Shown here: in pieces, positions 56,641 through 64,000 of the stretch | Layout of the letters: each line of letters begins with the position of its first letter | How positions within the stretch are numbered: position 1 is the first letter of the stretch | Source: a bacterium | GTDB lineage: Bacteria > Cyanobacteriota > Vampirovibrionia > LMEP-6097 | Assembly: GCA_038146805.1 (NCBI GenBank) | Contig: JAYQSH010000005.1 | Location: 297,582 to 361,581 of the forward strand | DNA length: 64,000 bases | Reading direction: 5' to 3' | Program-made: the position numbers and the translations under genes | Notes under the pieces: model-generated | Database searches by the model: none | Told to the model about the DNA's origin: nothing | The model's input: the letters and a program-made list of their open reading frames with translations, nothing else

Positions 56641-58115
56641 GTCTCTATTATTTGATCAAATTCTTCAAGTTTTTTGGGTTTTTGTTCTTTGATAGCTTGA
56701 AAAACCTTTTTTTGTACAAAGTAAACAGAATCTATTTTTGTGAATTGGTCTTGATTAATTATTTTTAATGGATGCAGGTTTAATGACTTCATGACTAAAT
56801 GATGTATAAAACTTATTTCTGGAGGCTTGAAAAAATTAATTACTATTAAGGTTTTTTTGTTTAAATCTAATTCTTGTTTTTGAGCTTTAGAAATATTTAT
56901 GTTGGTCAAAGCATTTATTGAATATTTTTGTTGAAAATGGTAATTATAGTTAGAAAAAAGAGTAAAACTTAAAAAAACTATAAACATAATATTATTTTTA
57001 GAGAAATTAAAAATTTGATAAATTACGATAGTCCACAAAGGTAAGACTATTAAGAAAAATCGTACTGAAAAAGAAACATTTGTTGAAAGACATAAGTCCA
57101 AGAGTAAAACTGAAACTGAAATAGCTAAAACAATTTGTAAATAAAGATTTTTTTTAATGAAATTCTTTTTTCTACTTATTCTAAAAATAATTAATAAAAA
57201 AAATATCAAAGCAATATTTTTTTGAAAATTAAAAGTATACAAAATATATTGAGAATTAAAAAAAGAATCCAAGATATATAAATAGCTTTTTTGTAGAAAA
57301 TGATTCAAAGTTTTGTCTGTAAAAGCGTGTACAAAAGGAATATAGATCAGAATATTCAAGAATAAAAAGAGTAGTTCCTTTTTATATTTAAAAATATTTT
57401 CAAGAAATCTTTGATTTGGTTTTTTATAATGCCAAATTACAACAGCTATTAAAACTGGAATAAAAAGTAATGTCAAAAAGTGTGTGAAAAAGCAAAGATT
57501 TATTAGAAAACATAAAAGTAAAGAGTTTACTAAGGATTTTTGTTTTAGATATTTTTGTAAAAACGTTAATATCAAAAGAAATAAAGCTGTAATGAGTGAA
57601 TATGATTTTGGAAAAATACTTTGATAGGAAATTAAACTAATTGAAGAATAAAGTCCAAGGATAGCTAAAATTTGGCAAACTTGAAAACGATTATTAAAAA
57701 GAAAAAAGGCAAAACAAAGTAGCAAAAATATATAACTTGCAAAAGAATAGAATCTCATATGTATAAAATCACTTTGTTGATATACAAATATTTTGGCTAT
57801 TAGGTCATTTAAGGGGGGGTGATTACTAATAAGATGTGATTTTTTTAAATGTTGTAAATAGTTTTCAAAAAGATTTTGTCCTTTAGGGAAATTCAATTTT
57901 TCATAAATCTTTTTAACTGGTTGAATTTGATTTAGATTAATATGAGGGTTTTTAAAGAAATGAATTGATTGAGCATTTGCCCTCGCTAAAACATAAATTT
58001 CATCGTATTCAAGCTTATGTTTTTTGATTTTGGAAAAATTTACTGAAATCGATATAAAAATAAGCAGACAATAAATATTAAATATATGAACTGGTTTTTG
58101 TACATAAATATTCAT
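56637..58115 (-). CDS. Polytopic membrane protein, GT-C (ArnT/PMT-like) glycosyltransferase-like
   Basis: YDE near the first TM, HPPL, R-x-x-S and KSY (RxY-like), THF, many TMs; very AT-rich. Confidence 0.65.
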   Translation of the reverse strand: MNIYVQKPVHIFNIYCLLIFISISVNFSKIKKHKLEYDEIYVLARANAQSIHFFKNPHINLNQIQPVKKIYEKLNFPKGQNLFENYLQHLKKSHLISNHPPLNDLIAKIFVYQQSDFIHMRFYSFASYIFLLLCFAFFLFNNRFQVCQILAILGLYSSISLISYQSIFPKSYSLITALFLLILTFLQKYLKQKSLVNSLLLCFLINLCFFTHFLTLLFIPVLIAVVIWHYKKPNQRFLENIFKYKKELLFLFLNILIYIPFVHAFTDKTLNHFLQKSYLYILDSFFNSQYILYTFNFQKNIALIFFLLIIFRISRKKNFIKKNLYLQIVLAISVSVLLLDLCLSTNVSFSVRFFLIVLPLWTIVIYQIFNFSKNNIMFIVFLSFTLFSNYNYHFQQKYSINALTNINISKAQKQELDLNKKTLIVINFFKPPEISFIHHLVMKSLNLHPLKIINQDQFTKIDSVYFVQKKVFQAIKEQKPKKLEEFDQIIET

Positions 58116-58133
58116 AATTAAATCTACAAATTA

Positions 58134-58505
58134 TTAAATATAATCTGGGTTAGAAGGTCCTTCCAAAATTTTGTCGATGCCGTCGAGAGGGTCAAGACCA
58201 CAACCATCACTACCATTGTCAATTCCTTCAGAAGACGGACATGGATAACAAAATCCTTTATTGTTAGAAACTCGTTCACTACTTATTTGTTCTAAAATAG
58301 ATTCTTGTAATTTACTCGCTACACGTTTCGACAAGCCCAGTACTTTTCTATCCTTTTGAGTAATTTTCGCGCAAAGTTTCACTTCAACATTTGAATCTGA
58401 ACTTTGCTTATAATCCATAGTTATACATGAAAATTGTTTTCTCTTTGCTAAAACACCATTTAAAGAAGTTACTACAATAATTATCACAAGTAAGATTTTT
58501 TTCAT
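58134..58505 (-). CDS. Small secreted Cys-containing hypothetical protein
   Basis: Signal peptide MKKILLVIIIVVTSLNGVLA; five Cys in the mature part. Confidence 0.65.
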   Translation of the reverse strand: MKKILLVIIIVVTSLNGVLAKRKQFSCITMDYKQSSDSNVEVKLCAKITQKDRKVLGLSKRVASKLQESILEQISSERVSNNKGFCYPCPSSEGIDNGSDGCGLDPLDGIDKILEGPSNPDYI

Positions 58506-58599
58506 TTTAATAAGTTGCCTTTTATCTAAAAATAGATATCGACAACTTGAAAATTTTCTTTATAGTTTTTTTGAACTAATTAGCAATATGTAAATACTA

Positions 58600-59187
58600 T
58601 TAGCTTGCGATAATTTTTTGCGCAACTTCTCTTAAGCCAACTCTTTCGTCCATTGCAGTTTTTTGCAAACGACGATAAGCAGTAGGCTCATCTATTTCAT
58701 ACTTTTTCATTAAGAGACCTTTTGCTTTTTCTACTAATTTTCGGGTCTCTAATTTGTTGTTTAACGAATCAATCTCACTTTGCAATTGATACATTTCTAA
58801 AGCTCTTGCCATAGCAACTTCAATGGCTGGCGCCAAATCAGCCTTGCGTAAGGGTTTTGTTAAATATGCAAACACACCAGCTTTTGATGCTTCTTCGTAC
58901 AATTCAGGTTGCGAATAAGCAGTCAACATTATAATGGGCACCCGCCTTTTTACTGTTCCTTGCAATTCTTTGGCTGCCTCAATACCATTTTTATTTGGCA
59001 TTCTAATATCCATAAAAACTATATCTGGCTCGTGTTGTTTTACAAGCTCAATTACTTCAGCTCCATCTCTTGCCTCAGCAACAACCTGACAAGTAGAAGC
59101 TTCTTCTAAAAGCTCCTTCAAATCCATCCTAATTAAAGGCTCATCATCTGCGATGACAACTCTTATTAAATCTTCTTCAAGAACCAT
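58600..59187 (-). CDS. ANTAR-domain response regulator (PdtaR/EutV-like)
   Basis: Receiver (IADDE, MDIRMP, LTAY, TKP) plus ANTAR (RKLVEKAKGLLM..EPTAYRRLQKTAMD). Confidence 0.93.
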   Translation of the reverse strand: MVLEEDLIRVVIADDEPLIRMDLKELLEEASTCQVVAEARDGAEVIELVKQHEPDIVFMDIRMPNKNGIEAAKELQGTVKRRVPIIMLTAYSQPELYEEASKAGVFAYLTKPLRKADLAPAIEVAMARALEMYQLQSEIDSLNNKLETRKLVEKAKGLLMKKYEIDEPTAYRRLQKTAMDERVGLREVAQKIIAS

Positions 59188-59203
59188 AAAACTATTATAA
59201 TAC

Positions 59204-60610
59204 TTAGCTAGTTAAAATGTTTGGTATTAACAAATCAACTTGTATACCACGGGTATTTTTATCATGATCATAATTAGTTACACTCAGCTTGCCGCGCAGA
59301 CTGTCCTCAGAAATATTTCTGATAATTTCCCAACCCAAACCAGTACTTTTTTTATAATCGAAACCCTCTTTAAAACCACCACCATCATCTTTAAAGAGCA
59401 TATGCAGGTTTTTTTCTTTTGCCATCAAACTTATGTCGATTTTAGAAATTTTACCCATGGTATGTTCCAAAGTATTAGTCAAGATTTCATTAAAGACCAA
59501 AGCTAAATTAGTTGCATCTTCACTAAGCATAAAAATTTTATCGGGGCAATTAAAAATCAGTTGCACATCTTCAGCACCAAAAGATGTAATGAGACCCTTT
59601 AAAATAATTTGCGCAAGCTGACCAAAGTCAACGTTTTCGATATCATTAGAGCGAGCCAAATGTTCATGCACTAGAGCAATGCTATTGGTTCGATTAATTG
59701 CTTCATTAAAAGAACTTTCAAGCTCTGGGTTTCGTCTTTTTTGCATTCTTAGCAAAGAAACAATTGTTTGCAAATTATTTTTTACACGATGATGAATTTC
59801 TTTTAGAAGTGTCTCTTTCATTTTCACTTCTGAATTATCTTTTAAAAGTAAAACTTGGAAATCATCACTAATTTGCACATAACGCAAAACCAAATTGCGC
59901 TGTCTCAAAGTGATTTCTTCTTTTTTGACCACCGCTTGACTAAGAATTTTTTTATTGATTTTACGAGGGAAATTAGTAAAAATCTCATCAATGTGCCGTC
60001 CAATAAGCTGAGATGCATGCTCTGCAATTTCAGAGAGCAAGTTTACAGAAAGTGGGTTTGCAAAAAATATATTTTGTGCTCCATCAGTAGTTTTTAAAAT
60101 TAATGAGCCCTCACCAAAAGCAATATTTGGAAAAGTTGTTTTGTCGATTATTTTTTGTTTAACTGATTTAATCAAAATATCAGCCATCAAATCCCAATGC
60201 TGACCTAAAGTAGCACGAGTTGTATAAATATCTCTTTCGATGGTTATCACCGCATCAGCAACTTTGTTTTTTTTTGTTTCATCAAAAAAAACAGGGAAAG
60301 CAAATTCTTGAATACGACGATTATTAATAACCAAACCAAATTGTCCAAGAATAGGTTTACCTAAACGAAAAGCTTTAGCAATAAGTACGTCTTTATGCGG
60401 CTGAATTTTCACGCCAGTCTCTGAAGAAACACGCTGGGGACCTAAATACAAAGAATCTTGATTTGGGTGAAAATAATTATGCACAACGATATCGTCATTG
60501 TGATTTTTTATAAATAGTTTTATGTCAGCTTGTAAAAGCTCTGAAACAAAAGGTAAATTAGCATCTAATGATTTTAAAATTTGTTCAGAATCGTTTTTTA
60601 TTACAGTCAT
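59204..60610 (-). CDS. Cytoplasmic HisKA_2 sensor kinase (PdtaS/EutW-like)
   Basis: KEIHHRVKNNLQ H-box, SIALVHE, NEILTN, DDGGGF, GLG; no TM; GAF/PAS-like N-terminus. Confidence 0.9.
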   Translation of the reverse strand: MTVIKNDSEQILKSLDANLPFVSELLQADIKLFIKNHNDDIVVHNYFHPNQDSLYLGPQRVSSETGVKIQPHKDVLIAKAFRLGKPILGQFGLVINNRRIQEFAFPVFFDETKKNKVADAVITIERDIYTTRATLGQHWDLMADILIKSVKQKIIDKTTFPNIAFGEGSLILKTTDGAQNIFFANPLSVNLLSEIAEHASQLIGRHIDEIFTNFPRKINKKILSQAVVKKEEITLRQRNLVLRYVQISDDFQVLLLKDNSEVKMKETLLKEIHHRVKNNLQTIVSLLRMQKRRNPELESSFNEAINRTNSIALVHEHLARSNDIENVDFGQLAQIILKGLITSFGAEDVQLIFNCPDKIFMLSEDATNLALVFNEILTNTLEHTMGKISKIDISLMAKEKNLHMLFKDDGGGFKEGFDYKKSTGLGWEIIRNISEDSLRGKLSVTNYDHDKNTRGIQVDLLIPNILTS

Positions 60611-60611
60611 A

Positions 60612-61814
60612 TCAATGCGTAAGTTTTAAAAATTTTCTTTTTCCAACTTGCAAAACAGCTTCTTGAGCTGGGTTAAGCTCAAAATTTGGATCATCAATTT
60701 TTTCTCCAGCAAGTTTGACACCGCCTCCAGCTATTAATCTTTTTGCTTCGCCTTTTGAAGCACATAATTTTGAGTCAGAAAGTAAATCAATGACGCGAAC
60801 TGTTTGCGTGAGTTTCATTTCTGGAATATCATCAGGCACTTCTTTATTTTTAAATTGATTGATAAAATTTTGAGCACTTCTTTGAGCAGTATCACTATCA
60901 TAGTAAATAGAAACTATTTTTTGAGCCAACTCATCTTTTAAATTACGTGGATTTTCACCTGAGTCTAAACGACTTTGATAAGCAGTAATATCAACCGGCA
61001 ATGCCTGAGCAGCTAAAGCAAAGTAATCTAAAATAAGTGCATCAGGAATACTCATAGTTTTTCCATAAATATCATCAGCACCATCATTAATACCAATATA
61101 ATTTTGATATGATTTGGACATTTTTTTTGTGCCATCAAGACCTACCAACAAAGGCATAGTCATTGCCATTTGTGGTTCTTGCTCATAAGACCTTTGCAAA
61201 TCTCTACCAACCATTAGATTAAATAATTGATCAGTACCGCCTAACTCAATATCAGCTTGCAATTCAACACTATCGTAACCTTGCAATAAAGGATAAATAA
61301 TCTCATGAGCATAAAGAGCTTGACCTGCATCTAATCTTTTACCAAAAGCATCTTTTGCAATCATTTGATTAACAGTAACTTTTGCTGCAAGTTTAATCAT
61401 GTCAGTCATAGAAAATTTTGCAAACCAATCTGCATTATTTACAATTTGTACTTTATTAATATCAAGTACCTTTGAAACTTGATCTATATAAGTTTGAGCA
61501 TAAGTGTTTACTTCTTGCGCGCTTAAAGCAGGTCTTGCTTCATTACGACCAGAAGGATCGCCGACTTGGGCGGTATAGCCGCCAATAAGCAATATTGCCT
61601 GATGACCAAAATCTTGAAATTGTTTAAGTTTATTGATACAAACCATATGCCCCAAATGTAAATCTGAACTTGTTGGATCAATACCAAGTTTTACTTTTAG
61701 AGGTTTTTTGGTTTTTTCAGATTTAACTAAAAGCTCTTTGAGAGCATCAACACCACCGGGCTTAAGGTCAACAACACCTTGAGATAAAATTTTGATTTGC
61801 TCGTCTATATTCAT
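60612..61814 (-). CDS. tyrS: Tyrosine--tRNA ligase
   Basis: GIDPT, HLGH, YPLLQGYD, GGTDQ, KMSKS, C-terminal S4 domain. Confidence 0.97.
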   Translation of the reverse strand: MNIDEQIKILSQGVVDLKPGGVDALKELLVKSEKTKKPLKVKLGIDPTSSDLHLGHMVCINKLKQFQDFGHQAILLIGGYTAQVGDPSGRNEARPALSAQEVNTYAQTYIDQVSKVLDINKVQIVNNADWFAKFSMTDMIKLAAKVTVNQMIAKDAFGKRLDAGQALYAHEIIYPLLQGYDSVELQADIELGGTDQLFNLMVGRDLQRSYEQEPQMAMTMPLLVGLDGTKKMSKSYQNYIGINDGADDIYGKTMSIPDALILDYFALAAQALPVDITAYQSRLDSGENPRNLKDELAQKIVSIYYDSDTAQRSAQNFINQFKNKEVPDDIPEMKLTQTVRVIDLLSDSKLCASKGEAKRLIAGGGVKLAGEKIDDPNFELNPAQEAVLQVGKRKFLKLTH

Positions 61815-61819
61815 TTTAA

Positions 61820-63861
61820 TTAACCGTGGGTGATGCTATCACTGTCAATAATTAATTTTACACGGTTTTTCAAATCTTCATTATTAGAATTTGATATAAA
61901 ATAGTCCCAAGTTTGTTTTGCTAAGCCTTTTTCACCCAAGTCCCAATAAACTAAACCTAAGACATAGTAAACCTGAGTAAAGCTTGGATTAATTTCCTTG
62001 ACAATTTCATATTGTTTTTTTGCGTTATCTAAGTCTTTGTTTTCTTGTAAAAGCAATCCATAATTGTAATTAGAAAGCAAGTCTTTTGGGTAATTAGTTA
62101 CTATGCGCTTATACATTGCAATAGCTTCATCTTTATAGCCAAGAGCTTTAAAATTATTTGCAGCTCCTTGCAAGGCATTAAGATTGTTTGGTTGCTCTTG
62201 TAAAATTGTTTGGTATTCAGAAAGTGCTTCAAATAAATTGTTTTGTGAGTGTAATAAATTAGCTAATTTTAAACGCGTTGTAATTGTCTCATCTAGAGCA
62301 GAAGCTAAACGCAATTGCTCAATAGCTTTTCTTTCATCAGACAAATGAATTAAAAAATCTGCATATAAATTTCTTGCTTCAACACTTGCTGGGTCTTCTT
62401 TAATCCAACTATTTATAATTCTTTCTGCCTCTACATTTTTGCCAAGCGCAATTTTAATAAAGCTCAATTCTTTATAGACATCTTTATCATTCAAGAATTC
62501 ATCAGAATGATTTTCATCTTCTAAAAGTTGTTCAAAACTAGATTCTGCAGATTCTAGGTCTTGCTCCATCTTGTATGCAATACCCAAGTTATACTGCACA
62601 TTGTTTTTAAATAGTTTTTCGTTTTCAGTGGGAGTTTGGTTTGGATCTTCAAGAACCAAATAATTATCTAATAAATCTTTATAGTATTTAATTGCGACAC
62701 CATGATCACCCATTTCTTGCCTTAAAGAAGCTAACAAAAATATGACTTCAGTATCATTGGGTTTTTCTTGTAATAATTCTTCGTATTCATTTTTAGCATT
62801 TTCATTTTGTCCAAGTGAATAATAAATCTGAGCTAAATTAAATCTACTTTTATGGTCATTTGGATTAATCTCGATTGCTTTTTTGTAATCTTCAACTGCT
62901 TTTAACAACTCATTTTGAGATTGAAAAATATATGCAGAAATTGCATATTCATCGATAGATTCAAAGGCGACGATCGCCTCATCTTCTTGTTGGTTTGACC
63001 AATAGGTGTGAGCCAGAGCTTTTTTCCACTTTGGTTCTGACTTTAAAGATAAAGCTTTTTCATAATTGATTACTGCATTATCGAGATTGTCTTGCTTGTG
63101 AGCAATGAAAGCTAAGTCAGCATAAAGGTTTGGAACATTTGGATCAATAGCAACTGCTTTATCATAACTTTCTTTTGCTTTATCAAATTGAGACAAAGCT
63201 AACCAAGAGTCGCCAAGATTTTTTAAAATGCTGTAATCATCTGGAAGGTATTTGAGAACATAATTATATTGTTCGATAGCCGCCATGTAATTATCAGTTG
63301 CCTGCAAAGCCGCTCCCAAATAACTTCTGGCTTTGAGATTTTCAGGGTAGGCTAAAACAACTTTATTAAAAATTTCAATTGCCTCTTTGAATCGTGCCTC
63401 TTCAAAAAATAATCTTGCAATATTAGATTGCAAAAGAGTATTATGAGGTTCTAAATTTGCAACTTTGATATAGTACTTTAAAGCTAAATCCTTTTCATTA
63501 ACTCTTCTAAAGTTTTTGCCATCAAAAGATTAGCCATAGTGTCTGAGCTTTTGAGACTAATTGCTTTTTTGAAATATTCTTTAGCTGTAATGAGAGACTG
63601 TTCTTTTGAGACACCAGTGTAATTGAGTTCTAATAAACCTAATTTAACGTAGGTTGCAAAGTCACGTTTTTCAAGTTGACTCGCATAACGAAGCAAATTC
63701 TTTGCCGCTGTCGGCTTGTTATCTTTTTCAGATTTAAGTGCCTCTACATAAGTATTTATAAATTCTGGCGCTAAAGTTTGTTGAGAGTTTGCGGGCAAAG
63801 AAAAACTGAGACTGCAAGCTAAAAAACTAGGTATAAACAATAATTGTGAAAAACGTTTCAT
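61820..63861 (-). CDS. Secreted multi-TPR protein split by a frameshift near 63480
   Basis: 63484-63861 has a signal peptide and TPR; 61820-63433 is continuous TPR repeats. Confidence 0.8.
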
Positions 63862-63952
63862 TACACTCTTAACTTCTTTATTATAAACAAACTTTACAAG
63901 AAAGGACTATTAACTAAAGACATTATTTTTTTCTTTAAAGTTCCTTAAAAAA

Positions 63953-63978
63953 TCAACGTGCCAGGCACAAAGAACACT
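63953..63978. repeat. REP-like palindrome with GTGCCWGGCAC core (second copy)
   Basis: CGTGCCAGGCAC core; inverted match to 8142-8167. Confidence 0.65.
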
Positions 63979-64000
63979 ATTTTTGCACTTATCTTAAGCC

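Overview
Low-GC bacterial chromosomal segment, roughly one-third GC by eye. The organism is flagellated (three flagellins, fliG), diderm with LPS (kdsB, RfaE2-type nucleotidyltransferase) and has two 2-oxoacid:ferredoxin oxidoreductase operons. The gene content tentatively suggests a non-photosynthetic cyanobacterial relative (Melainabacteria/Vampirovibrionia-like), which is inference only. Most of the window is housekeeping: acnA, prfA, dnaB, purH, rsmH, ssb, rpsF, eno, ruvA, fabF, tyrS. It also holds a PdtaS/EutW-type kinase with an ANTAR regulator, a fragmented S-layer-like gene, a decayed IS30 element and a tRNA-Arg(UCU) lacking its 3' half. Several genes are broken by frameshifts, either real decay or long-read errors. 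There is no CRISPR array, prophage or obvious defence system. The unexplained structure is mostly non-coding: (i) several small repeat/MITE families clustered at gene 3' ends, including a modular MITE with TAA/TTA target duplications reciprocally nested with a second MITE, and a 37-bp tandem repeat starting at stop codons; (ii) shared C-rich/GGA hairpin motifs in the flagellin cluster suggesting RNA-level control; (iii) many -10 boxes 6-8 nt before start codons, suggesting widespread leaderless translation. I cannot demonstrate a new protein-coded system from sequence alone; these are the best candidates.
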